From: an uncultured Bacteroidales bacterium
GTDB taxonomy: Bacteria; Bacteroidota; Bacteroidia; Bacteroidales; UBA932
DNA: 64,000 nt
Direction of reading: 5' to 3'
Assembly (NCBI GenBank): GCA_900319485.1
Contig: ONOQ01000003.1
Coordinates: 1,223 to 65,222 of the forward strand
The notes under the pieces are model-generated. The model did not search any database. It was not told the origin of the DNA and was given only the letters and a program-made list of their open reading frames with translations. Within the stretch, counting starts at the first letter, position 1. Every line of letters begins with the position of its first letter. A program made the position numbers and the translations under genes. Below, piece by piece: positions 8,847-17,490 of this stretch.

Positions 8847-10316
8847 CTACATGCTGGGGATTATTATTGTATAGGCGCCATCCCTCTGGAGTTCGGAGTC
8901 CAGGGAGAATTCACGGCCGCCGGATGCCTGTACGGAGAAACTCAGGTCTGCCGTAATGTCAGGCTGTCCCGCTGCCGGACGGTCATCGTCATCGGCATAA
9001 ATATAGAAATCTATGGTGGTGCCGGGATGGATATCGCCGGTTGAAGTTCCAATTGAGCCTGTACTTGTGTCAACAATGCCGCTTCCGAAATCGTGATTGA
9101 AGGAGTAGTAAGACGCGTTCTGTGACAGGTTGATGTGGTATGTGCACTGGGTGGGAGAGAAAATCTTGAACATTCCGTGGATGGGCATAAGCCTTCCCTG
9201 AGTGTCTGTCTTGAAAGTGATATTCCTGCCGCTGATAGTGCAGGAGGAGGAATCCCAGTCAACCCAGGTGGCCATAGCCGACTGATTCTCTACAGAGGCT
9301 GCTTGTTCTGTGTAGTCCCAGTCCAGGACGGTTTCTTCAACTTTGAAAATAGCGCCCATATAGGTGACGGTATAGGAATACTTGTGACCGCCTTTCCAGG
9401 TAGTGCCATTTGGGAAAGAAAGTTTGGAAGTTCGGATGTACGGGTTTCCTGTGACGGGATCCGTCTCTCCGTCTATCTGGTAAACAACGGTGATAACTTC
9501 AGATAGTTCGGCTTCTTCCGCCGGCCAGAAATAGTAGAAATCCTTGGTGATTGACTGCTGCTGTGAGAGGACATCCACTGGGGTTGCGCCTTTACCGTAA
9601 CTCATACCGCCAAAATCTGTCCTATCGGAAAAAGCGCCGGCCTTCGATGCATTGTTGAAAGCAACATCGGCCGTTCCGTCATCGTTGAAAGTGATAACGG
9701 TTTGCTTGCTGTTTATGAAATCATCGTTCAGATACACTCCGTGAAGGAAGATAGGCTGTTCTCCGTCCGGAGTCTGGTTGGAAATCTGGAATGATATTGC
9801 AACCTGAGCAAAAAGGTGGTTGAACACCAGTGGAACATCCGAGTAGTCGTTGGCGGAAGTGTTGCGACTTACCGGATTGGAGTACATGAAGTCGTACTGC
9901 TGGGTGGATGTGGTCAGAGCCTTTGCCGGAATAGTGAGCGTATTGCCGCTGGCACTCAGGCCGATGCCGAAGAAAGCGGAGGTACTGTAGTTTTCATTGT
10001 GCTCCAGCCAACTGAAGAACAGGTGGTTTCCGCCTGTCCATACATAATTTGCCGCGGTACCATAGACCCACCGGGACTCGGTTGCATTCCACCTGAGGGT
10101 GTTGTTGATGTGGTATTGGGTGTCATTGTACCAGTCTCTGACCTGGAAAACGCTGGTGGTGTTCACGGCATCGGTAGCCTTGGTCTGAAGAGGAGCGGCA
10201 AAACGGATTCCCTCTTTCTCTGCCGTTTTGGGGGTATTCTCAATGCGGCTGCAGGCGGGAACTGCCAGAAGGGCCATCAGGGCCGGAATAAGTATTGTAT
10301 TGAGCTTATTTGTCAT
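8847..10316 (-). CDS. Fimbrillin (type V pilin)-like lipoprotein
   Basis: 489 aa with lipobox AVPAC and LQTKATD about 22 aa after the Cys. Composition is beta-rich with abundant Thr/Asn/Ser, and the gene sits in the pilus operon. Confidence 0.65.
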   Translation of the reverse strand: MTNKLNTILIPALMALLAVPACSRIENTPKTAEKEGIRFAAPLQTKATDAVNTTSVFQVRDWYNDTQYHINNTLRWNATESRWVYGTAANYVWTGGNHLFFSWLEHNENYSTSAFFGIGLSASGNTLTIPAKALTTSTQQYDFMYSNPVSRNTSANDYSDVPLVFNHLFAQVAISFQISNQTPDGEQPIFLHGVYLNDDFINSKQTVITFNDDGTADVAFNNASKAGAFSDRTDFGGMSYGKGATPVDVLSQQQSITKDFYYFWPAEEAELSEVITVVYQIDGETDPVTGNPYIRTSKLSFPNGTTWKGGHKYSYTVTYMGAIFKVEETVLDWDYTEQAASVENQSAMATWVDWDSSSCTISGRNITFKTDTQGRLMPIHGMFKIFSPTQCTYHINLSQNASYYSFNHDFGSGIVDTSTGSIGTSTGDIHPGTTIDFYIYADDDDRPAAGQPDITADLSFSVQASGGREFSLDSELQRDGAYTIIIPSM

Positions 10317-10335
10317 CTTTGTCTTCTCCTTTCTG

Positions 10336-11406
10336 TTATTCTACGCCGATTTCAATGTCCGGGTGGATAATCCACTGTTCCTTGCGGGGATAATCGAAAT
10401 TGATGAACCAGACGGCTCCGGGAACCGCAAGCCCGGAAATCTGAATTTTTGTAGCAGCGGGGAAAGTAATCCAGGCATCATTCTGCTTGAGGCGCAGGGA
10501 CTTGCTGGTGCCGTTGCTCATATTGAAGGTGATCTTCACTCCGGTAATGTCCAAAGGCAGGGCGAACACCTTGAAATTGATTGAAGTTGTGGTGGAAATA
10601 ATGGGATTGTAGGGCTCATCATGGTCGTCGTGGAATACAACCCCTATGGTACTGCTTGTGGAACCGGTGCCTGTGTATGTGCAGGACATACCGCTGCCGG
10701 CATCGAACGTTGCCGTTGAAACACCTGCAATGGGCTGGAAAATTGCCGTTTCAGTCTCATAGGTACTGGTTTCCATCTCAAAACTTGTGATGGTGGTGTT
10801 GTCGTTGGCGCCCACTGTGAACTCGAAGCAGGTAAAGGCGGGGTAGAAATCCAGGTTGATGCCATTGGCGTCCTGAGGACTCTGGAGGCCGGCCACCATA
10901 AAGGCATCGGACATATCAGGGTTGAAAATGAGAGTATTGTTGGCCTTCTTGCTGTAGGTTACAACCTGGGAAGAAGGAATTGTGGCCGACATCCTGTGGT
11001 TTCCAACCGTAACCTTTGAAGCGGGATACCCGGCCCAGAAATCGTGGGTGCCGGTGCCCCACTCAAGGCCGTTCTCTGCGCCGTAAGGCATAAGGTCTGT
11101 CTTGCTGTTCACTCCCGCTACGGAGATAGTGTTCACGGAATATTCCTGAGAGGCCATTCCTACTTCATCGTTTTTCATGGCAAGGACTATTCTGTCCCCG
11201 TTTGACCAGTCAATACGTTCGTAGGTTTTGCTTCCGGCGCCGTCATAGGTGGATCCGCTGTATACCGTCTTGGTGACAGGGGCCTCAGGGCGTGTGCTGG
11301 CGCGGAAACGGATTCTCATGCCGGATAAATCTTTGGTGCAACCGGCAAGCCCCAGCAGACATACTGCCGCGGCTGTGATGCTGATGATTACTCTGCTTTT
11401 TCTCAT
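10336..11406 (-). CDS. Fimbrillin (type V pilin)-like lipoprotein
   Basis: 356 aa with lipobox LGLAGC and a PVTKTVY motif. It is the first large gene of the operon. Confidence 0.65.
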   Translation of the reverse strand: MRKSRVIISITAAAVCLLGLAGCTKDLSGMRIRFRASTRPEAPVTKTVYSGSTYDGAGSKTYERIDWSNGDRIVLAMKNDEVGMASQEYSVNTISVAGVNSKTDLMPYGAENGLEWGTGTHDFWAGYPASKVTVGNHRMSATIPSSQVVTYSKKANNTLIFNPDMSDAFMVAGLQSPQDANGINLDFYPAFTCFEFTVGANDNTTITSFEMETSTYETETAIFQPIAGVSTATFDAGSGMSCTYTGTGSTSSTIGVVFHDDHDEPYNPIISTTTSINFKVFALPLDITGVKITFNMSNGTSKSLRLKQNDAWITFPAATKIQISGLAVPGAVWFINFDYPRKEQWIIHPDIEIGVE

Positions 11407-11421
11407 TGCTCTTCCTCTCTA

Positions 11422-11604
11422 TTACTCCCACACCTGGTTGAAGGAGGTTTCTGAAAAATCCATAGTGACAACTTCCTGACCCATTGTTTTCACTTCGGAA
11501 CTCTTTTGGATGGTGGAAGCGGCAAGAATCTCGGTTTCCAGTTCTACGGAAACCGTTCTGATTATGTCTGGAGCAATGTATCTTTTACAAGATTCCATAT
11601 ACAC
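11422..11604 (-). CDS. Small hypothetical protein (60 aa), possible leader gene of pilus operon 1
   Basis: The ORF ends 15 nt before the first pilin gene and lies downstream of a TATTTTTG box. It has no signal peptide and no recognisable motif, so coding status is unproven. Confidence 0.3.
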   Translation of the reverse strand: MYMESCKRYIAPDIIRTVSVELETEILAASTIQKSSEVKTMGQEVVTMDFSETSFNQVWE

Positions 11605-11692
11605 TAACTTTAACTAAAATCCTCTGTCGAAAAACCCCGCGAAAGCACTAATTCATAGCCTCTCCTGAGGGGGGCGTTTATATAATAACTAA

Positions 11693-11700
11693 CAAAAATA
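11693..11700 (-). promoter_or_regulatory. Bacteroidetes -7 promoter box (TATTTTTG) for pilus operon 1
   Basis: The plus strand reads CAAAAATA, so the minus strand reads TAnnTTTG. It lies about 90 nt upstream of the ATG at 11604 and overlaps the T-tract of the upstream terminator, so the assignment is ambiguous. Confidence 0.4.
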
Positions 11701-11703
11701 AAC

Positions 11704-11728
11704 AAACCTTGACAAAGAATCAAGGTTT
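11704..11728 (-). terminator. Putative terminator of the AraC-family gene
   Basis: Perfect 9-bp hairpin AAACCTTGA-caaagaa-TCAAGGTTT. On the minus strand it is followed by GTTTATTTTTGTT. Confidence 0.55.
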
Positions 11729-11802
11729 AAAAAAGTTCAGGTTGCATTTTTGCAAATTCTGAAACTATATTTGTGAATTCTGAAAGGAAAGGAGAGGAAA
11801 AG

Positions 11803-12900
11803 TTACTCCTTTGCGTCAGTCATCCACGCCGTGACGGTCTTTCCCATCTTCTGTTTGAAAGCGGCGCTGAATGTGCTGTAACTGTGGAATCCGCTTTCTG
11901 CGGAGAGTTGATTTGCCGTAAAGGCACGGTGGCAGGCAACGGCACGGTGATACAGGCGGATGAAGTGTTCTACGCGCAGGCCGTTGATGTAGGCATTATA
12001 GGTGAGCCCCTGTCTGGAGAAGTATTGGCTCAGATAGTAACGGTTTGTGCCGATGGCCTGGGCTAGTTGGGCAAGGGTTAGGTCGTACTGCAGGAAGAGC
12101 AGCGTGTCTTCGCAGTACTTTTTCAGTTGCGGGCCTATTGTGTCGGGAACGGCGGAGTTTGACGAAGGAGTCTCCTTGTCATTTTTCGGAGGCTCCTCCG
12201 CTACGGTGTCGCTGCTGTCCAGACACCTAAGCGTTTCCACGCGCCACATCAGCAGTCCAACAACCAGGATATTGACTACCTGAATGGCATAGAGGTAAAT
12301 TTTGTTGCTACTGGTAGAGCCATAAAACAACAGAGTGAGCAGGAGAACGGCCAGCACCAGGATGCTTTGCCAGAACTCCTTATGCTCCAGGTCGGCAAAA
12401 TTGTCCCTGAGCCAGCGCCCATAGTTACGGATGGCAAATACCATATTCACCGTAATCAGTCCAACCAGAAGAATTAAATAAATGCGTGCCGGGCGTAACA
12501 GGCCGATGTCTTCACGGACTATGCCAATGACCGACCATACGATAACCGGGACCAATAAAACCAGAACTGGCCATATATGCCGTTCCCGGTCTTGTAACAT
12601 GGCCAGCATAATGCCTACCACCGAAATGATTATAAACAGTACATCCAGAAGGCAGGCGGTTATATATGTGGCTGCAGAAGGGTGCAAAGCGTAATACATC
12701 CAATACAGATGGCCCAGGGCTAAAGTGGCCAGGAAGAAAGCAGTCCATCGGCGCAGCCGTACGGGAGGTTCTATGCCGCTGACAAATGCATTGCCATTGC
12801 GCAGCAATACATATAGTGCTGCCAGCAGTTCTAATGCCAGTACACCTCCATAGAGAAGGATGAAGAATATGTCTTGGGTTATAGATGATATATCCATCAT
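11803..12900 (-). CDS. Polytopic membrane protein with C-terminal AraC/XylS-type HTH domain
   Basis: 365 aa. The N-terminal ~220 aa form about 6-7 hydrophobic helices. The C-terminus reads LAQLAQAIGTNRYYLSQYF...NQLSAESGFHSYSTFSAAFKQKMGKT, which is the AraC double-HTH signature. Confidence 0.85.
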   Translation of the reverse strand: MMDISSITQDIFFILLYGGVLALELLAALYVLLRNGNAFVSGIEPPVRLRRWTAFFLATLALGHLYWMYYALHPSAATYITACLLDVLFIIISVVGIMLAMLQDRERHIWPVLVLLVPVIVWSVIGIVREDIGLLRPARIYLILLVGLITVNMVFAIRNYGRWLRDNFADLEHKEFWQSILVLAVLLLTLLFYGSTSSNKIYLYAIQVVNILVVGLLMWRVETLRCLDSSDTVAEEPPKNDKETPSSNSAVPDTIGPQLKKYCEDTLLFLQYDLTLAQLAQAIGTNRYYLSQYFSRQGLTYNAYINGLRVEHFIRLYHRAVACHRAFTANQLSAESGFHSYSTFSAAFKQKMGKTVTAWMTDAKE

Positions 12901-12928
12901 AAGGCCAATGGGTTACATACCGGATATG

Positions 12929-12936
12929 CAAATATA
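12929..12936 (-). promoter_or_regulatory. -7 promoter box (TATATTTG) for the AraC-family gene
   Basis: The plus strand reads CAAATATA, 29 nt upstream of the ATG at 12900. Confidence 0.45.
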
Positions 12937-12971
12937 GTCATTAATTTTGAAAAAAGGCGCTTAAACCGCAT

Positions 12972-13958
12972 TTAATGCAGGTTTTCCTGAAAAAGTCCGG
13001 CTATAAACGGAAAGACTTCCCGTGGCGCATATCTCAGTGAAAAATGAAGATTTGACAGGATTCGCATCAAGGTGTCCATTTTCCTCCCGAATGTTCCGTG
13101 CTTTTGGATTGAGTCAAGCCGGCTGTCTCTGAAATGGCCAAAATTCCCTCCTCTTGCAACAATCCGGAAAAGATCCGCGGAATCTACCTTTTCCGGAACT
13201 ACTGTCCCGGGGTCTATGAAGTCTTTAACAAATGATACCAAAAGGGCATCCCAGCGGGACAGGCCGCATTGTCTGAATAACTCATGAAGCCGCTGATAAT
13301 CACCCGGGTAGGCCTTATACGCAAAGGCAAAATCAATAATCTGCCGGAGCCCCACCCCAACCCCGCAGGCGTGCTTGAGGATGTGGGAGGAGAGCATCAG
13401 AAGTTCGGCTTCCGGAGTCCCTATGGGAGGAAGTAGAGCCTTCCGCACGTGAAGGTCAAAGTACCTTCTGTGCAGTTCCACTTCGCAGCCACTCAGCATG
13501 AAAGCCACGCTGGTGTCCGGCTTTGGAGAACATTCTATTCCGGAGGCCCGGAGCAATTCCAGGGCCCTCTCAAAATCCGTTTCTCTGATGTAAAGGTCTA
13601 TATCCCCGCCGGTCCGGAGTTCTGGAGAAGGGTATCTGGCGGCGCAGGTGCTGCCTTTCATTACAATGGGGTCAAGCCCTCCGGAGCGGAGTATCTCCAG
13701 GACTTCCTTCTGGGCCTGGGATAGTTCCTGATTCCGCCGTACCGTCTTTCTGACCTTAGCCAAAAGGGTGAAAAGTACGCGGTCCGGTAGGCGGAAGCCT
13801 TCAGGAAAACCCTCTGCAGTCTTGTACAGCAGGCCGATCACCGTCTGGTGACCGGCTGTGCGGAGGAGTTCCATCCAGTCTTCCTCGTCAAGGTCCGGCG
13901 GGGGTAATTCGCCTCTCAGGATCTGGAGGAGGAGCCGAAGGCTTTGCTCACCTGTCAT
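12972..13958 (-). CDS. Nucleotidyltransferase-family protein (uncharacterised NTP_transf_5-like), last gene of the capsule operon
   Basis: 328 aa with GGDIDLYI, a nucleotidyltransferase-fold GxDxD-type motif. It has an ATGA start/stop overlap with the upstream gene. Confidence 0.6.
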   Translation of the reverse strand: MTGEQSLRLLLQILRGELPPPDLDEEDWMELLRTAGHQTVIGLLYKTAEGFPEGFRLPDRVLFTLLAKVRKTVRRNQELSQAQKEVLEILRSGGLDPIVMKGSTCAARYPSPELRTGGDIDLYIRETDFERALELLRASGIECSPKPDTSVAFMLSGCEVELHRRYFDLHVRKALLPPIGTPEAELLMLSSHILKHACGVGVGLRQIIDFAFAYKAYPGDYQRLHELFRQCGLSRWDALLVSFVKDFIDPGTVVPEKVDSADLFRIVARGGNFGHFRDSRLDSIQKHGTFGRKMDTLMRILSNLHFSLRYAPREVFPFIAGLFQENLH

Positions 13959-14365
13959 CGGCCGAAAAGTTTGCGAAGGAATGAGCGTTTGTGGTGATGC
14001 TTATGGTGGGATTGGCGCCTTGCGCCGTTCACTATTCCGTAGATTTCCCCCCAGTCCGGCAGGCCTCCAAGGTTCCTGTCGTCAATGTAGACATCGGCAA
14101 CAAGTTTTGTGGAGGTTGTCTTGTCGGAAAAGGTGAGACTTCCCATGGGGATGTCGCTGTTCACGGAATAAAACGTGAGGCCGCGCTCCTTGCAGAAGCG
14201 TATGGCATCTTCCAGAAGGTCTCCCTCGCGGGAGGTCCATAGGATAATCTTATGCCCTTCGGAAGCAAGCCTTCTGAGGGTATCTATGGCAAAGGGCTTT
14301 TCCCTGCCAATCTTTGGGTACTTGTGTTCTACAATGGTCCCGTCAAAATCTACTGCTATAATCAT
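13955..14365 (-). CDS. Small HAD-superfamily phosphatase-like protein
   Basis: 136 aa. The N-terminal IIAVDFDGTI is HAD motif I (DxDxT). The tail is His/Lys-rich (HHKHHHKR). Its start overlaps the upstream stop by 4 nt (14362-14365). Confidence 0.65.
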   Translation of the reverse strand: MIIAVDFDGTIVEHKYPKIGREKPFAIDTLRRLASEGHKIILWTSREGDLLEDAIRFCKERGLTFYSVNSDIPMGSLTFSDKTTSTKLVADVYIDDRNLGGLPDWGEIYGIVNGARRQSHHKHHHKRSFLRKLFGR

Positions 14366-16731
14366 TTGTCGTCTTTTTCTCCATATCCGTAACCATAGCC
14401 ATATCCGTAGCCATAGCCATATCCGTAACCATAACCATAACCGTAGCCGTAACCGTATCCGTAGCCGTATGAGGCGCGTATATCACCGCCGTTGAGGATG
14501 ATGCTGGGATGGTTCAGGCGGCCGCTCTGGTAAACCGTCTCCAGTTCGGAAAGCGCCCTGCGATCCACCTTTCCGCTTCTCAGGATGAACAGGTTCATAT
14601 CCACCAGCCTCTGGACCACCATCATATCGGCCACGGCATTCACCGGAACGCCGTCCAGAAGGATAAAATCGTATTCTTTCCTTAGTTCCTGTATGAGAGT
14701 GTCAAAGCGGGCACGGCCAAGAAGTTCTGCGGGGTTTGGCGGTATGTGTCCTCCGGGGATGAAGTCCACTCCGGGGAGGACGTCCTTGTGAAGGATTTCC
14801 GCCAGCCGCACGGAGTCGTCGAAAATGTAATTGGACAGCCCCGGGACGCCGTGCTTGAGGGAGAAGAAATTGGACGCGGTCCTCTTTCTAAGGTCCATAT
14901 CCACCAGTACAACTTTCTTCCTGGCATCGGCAAGGCAGGCAGCCATATTGGTGGTAAGGAAGGTCTTACCGGCGGCAACGGAGAACGATGTTGAGGCAAT
15001 CACCGGGTGCTCGCAGCCTTCCGGACGCATATAATCCAGATTCGTGCACAGCAGGCGCATAGCCTCGGTGAAAACCTTCGACCTGGAGTTCTTGTAGGCC
15101 GTGGTGAGCGTCGTGTCGCCTTTCTCGCGCTTCTTTTCCCTGGCGTATGGAACATCGGCAAGGAAAGGCATCGTGGTACCTTCCTCGATATCCTTTCTGG
15201 TATGGACGCGGTTGTCTATGACTATTCGAAGGATGAGCACCAGAGCAGGAGCCAGCAGGCCGATGAGGAATGCTACCATGAGCATCTTGTTGCGGGAAGG
15301 ATAGACGGGAGTCCTGCTGGAGGTGGCCGAATCTATCATCCGGGCATTGTTGTCGGCCATAGCCTGGGTGAGGGAGTTCTCCTCGCGCTTGTTGAGGAGG
15401 AACATATACAGGGTTTCCTTGATTTTCTGCTGCCTCTCTATGGACAGGAAGCGGCGGGCCTTGGTAGGCATGGAGGTAAATTTCCTGAGGGAACTCTGCT
15501 CCTGCTCGGCAAGCGCCTGACGCTCTGAGATGAGCAGGGATATACGGCTGTCTATGAAGCCGAATATATCGGCCTTAAGGTCCTTGATGTCGTTTTCCAG
15601 TCCGCTTACGGCAAGGCTGTACTCGCCGCCGCCCTTGAGGTAGTGCTCCCTCTTGCGTACTGCGGCGTTGTACTTCAGAATGGCGTCTTCAATGTAACTG
15701 TCTTCCGTAACAAGGTTGGCGGGAATCACTTCATAACTCTGGAACGCAGACCTTACGTAGTCCTTCAGATAGCGCATAGTGCTCAGTTTGGTCTCAATCT
15801 CCACTATCTGCTTGTTCAGGGCGTTGTTCTGGTTCAGGTAATCGGCGGCCGTAGCCTCCACGTTCAGGATGCGCTCGTTGGTCTTGAGCCTTGAAAGGTC
15901 CTCTTCCACGGATCCCAGTTCGTCCTGTATGATGGCAAGACGCTCGTTGATGAAAGCGGCCGTATTTACTGCAATGCGGTTCTTTTCCCTCACAGCGTCC
16001 TCATTATACTTCTGGACCAGCATATTCAGCACGTCATCGGCCCTGACGTGGGAATAATCCATCATAGAGAGTTGAAGGATGGAGCCGTCGGTCTCGGCCT
16101 GGACAACCTTGAGGCGGGCGACAAACTGCGACGCCCTGTTTGGAACGGGTATCTTTATCACCTTGATTTCCTTCCCCATATAGGAGGAGAAACTGGAATT
16201 GGGGGAGAATATCACCCTGTGTCCGTCCACGCGGAGCGTATCGCCTAGTTGGACAGTCTGTTTTGCAAGGCCTGAGCCTTCTACGGTAATCTGCATCTCT
16301 CCGGAAGGGATCACTTTCAACTGGCACTGGAAATCTCCGTCATCCCTTACCACAAACATCCTTACCGGGGCATTCCGGTAAAGTTCCACGTTACGCAGCC
16401 TGTCCTTCTCGATATAGTCGATATCGGTATCGAGGGTTGTGACAACCATCTGCATCAGTTCTCGGGACTGGAGTTGGAGTATCTCGTTGGACATACTCAC
16501 GTGATTGATGAGGCTGCTGTATGCGCCCATCTGCACGGTACTCTGTGTGTTGGAAGGGTCCTTGATGATGATGGTTGCATCGCTCCTGTATACGTGCTGC
16601 ATCTTGGAATATCGGTAATACGCAAATCCCACGCATACGGCAATGCAGATTACAAACAGGTACCAGTGGCTGAGCAGGTAGAAGAACAGGTCCACCAGGT
16701 TGATGGTGCTGTTGTTGTTTTTCTCGTTCAT
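14362..16731 (-). CDS. Wzc-like polysaccharide co-polymerase / BY-tyrosine autokinase fusion
   Basis: 789 aa. It has an N-terminal Wzz-like region with 2 TM helices and a coiled coil. Walker A-like motif VAAGKT, Walker B FILLDGVP, and a C-terminal tyrosine cluster S(YG)15EKDDK. Confidence 0.9.
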   Translation of the reverse strand: MNEKNNNSTINLVDLFFYLLSHWYLFVICIAVCVGFAYYRYSKMQHVYRSDATIIIKDPSNTQSTVQMGAYSSLINHVSMSNEILQLQSRELMQMVVTTLDTDIDYIEKDRLRNVELYRNAPVRMFVVRDDGDFQCQLKVIPSGEMQITVEGSGLAKQTVQLGDTLRVDGHRVIFSPNSSFSSYMGKEIKVIKIPVPNRASQFVARLKVVQAETDGSILQLSMMDYSHVRADDVLNMLVQKYNEDAVREKNRIAVNTAAFINERLAIIQDELGSVEEDLSRLKTNERILNVEATAADYLNQNNALNKQIVEIETKLSTMRYLKDYVRSAFQSYEVIPANLVTEDSYIEDAILKYNAAVRKREHYLKGGGEYSLAVSGLENDIKDLKADIFGFIDSRISLLISERQALAEQEQSSLRKFTSMPTKARRFLSIERQQKIKETLYMFLLNKREENSLTQAMADNNARMIDSATSSRTPVYPSRNKMLMVAFLIGLLAPALVLILRIVIDNRVHTRKDIEEGTTMPFLADVPYAREKKREKGDTTLTTAYKNSRSKVFTEAMRLLCTNLDYMRPEGCEHPVIASTSFSVAAGKTFLTTNMAACLADARKKVVLVDMDLRKRTASNFFSLKHGVPGLSNYIFDDSVRLAEILHKDVLPGVDFIPGGHIPPNPAELLGRARFDTLIQELRKEYDFILLDGVPVNAVADMMVVQRLVDMNLFILRSGKVDRRALSELETVYQSGRLNHPSIILNGGDIRASYGYGYGYGYGYGYGYGYGYGYGYGYGYGYGEKDDK
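14380..14469 (-). repeat. Imperfect hexanucleotide repeat encoding (Tyr-Gly)x15
   Basis: Codon-by-codon reading of 14380-14469 gives 15 Gly codons (tcc/acc/gcc on the plus strand) strictly alternating with 15 Tyr codons (ata/gta on the plus strand). Confidence 0.95.
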
Positions 16732-16734
16732 AAC

Positions 16735-17490
16735 TTATTTGGTTCTGCTGGTCCAAAGAAGGGCATTTACTATGATTGAAATAAGCGACAGGCCTGCGGT
16801 TACGAATGTCATCGTGGTCTGGCCGCTGGCGCTGAGGCTCACTCCCTTGGGTTTGATATATACTACATCATTCTGCTTCAGGTAGAATACCGGAGAGTCA
16901 AAGAGGTCCTTGCTCTGAAGGTCAACCGAATAGGAGCGTCGCACACCGTTCTCCGTCCTTATGACCATCACGTCACGTATGTCAGACTTGTTGGTTACGC
17001 TCTTGTTGGTTGCCAGCACCTGAAGGATGTTGATACTGTTTCCCTTGACTGGAATCATTGAATTTCCCGCACTGCCAATAACCGTGACGCTGAAATTCTC
17101 CAGGGTTACGTTTACTATGGGGTCCTTGATGAACCCGTTGGCCCTGATACCGTCGGCAATGCCGTTACGGATCTGGGTGAGGGTGGCGCCCCAGACGTTT
17201 ATGGTTCCCAGTACAGGGAATTCTATGTTTCCGTTACGGTCCACTACGTATTCGTGGGTGGATTTCCCGTCGCTGAAAAGATTGAACGGTGCGGCCAGTT
17301 CGGGGGTGGAACTGGTAACTGTGATGCCAAGAAGGTCGTCGGGCTGGACCACAAGTTCCGGAGCCGGCTTGACCGGATAATCCTTATTGTACTCCATATC
17401 CGTGAGGTAACTCATCTGCCGGGCCGTGGTACAGGATACCAGGGCAAGAATGGCTATCCACGCCGGGAAAGAATTAAACAAGCGCTTCAT
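16735..17490 (-). CDS. Wza-like outer-membrane polysaccharide export lipoprotein
   Basis: 251 aa with lipobox ALVSC. It has a Poly_export-like segment (VQPDDLLGITVTSS..) and an SLBB-like region, and lies directly upstream of the Wzc-like gene. Confidence 0.85.
   Translation of the reverse strand: MKRLFNSFPAWIAILALVSCTTARQMSYLTDMEYNKDYPVKPAPELVVQPDDLLGITVTSSTPELAAPFNLFSDGKSTHEYVVDRNGNIEFPVLGTINVWGATLTQIRNGIADGIRANGFIKDPIVNVTLENFSVTVIGSAGNSMIPVKGNSINILQVLATNKSVTNKSDIRDVMVIRTENGVRRSYSVDLQSKDLFDSPVFYLKQNDVVYIKPKGVSLSASGQTTMTFVTAGLSLISIIVNALLWTSRTK

Noticed and set aside
11766-12066. Plus-strand ORF 11773..12066 (97 aa), preceded by a TATATTTG box
   Set aside because: The ORF is antisense to the AraC HTH-coding region and has no motif. 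The box is kept only as a possible antisense promoter, noted under the direct-repeat finding.
14175-14495. Plus-strand ORF with a His/Arg/Asn-rich repeat (..HIRNHSHIRSHSHIRNHNHNRSRNRIRSR..)
   Set aside because: It is the antisense reading of the (YG)15-coding hexanucleotide repeat and of the HAD-like gene. It is an artefact of the repeat.
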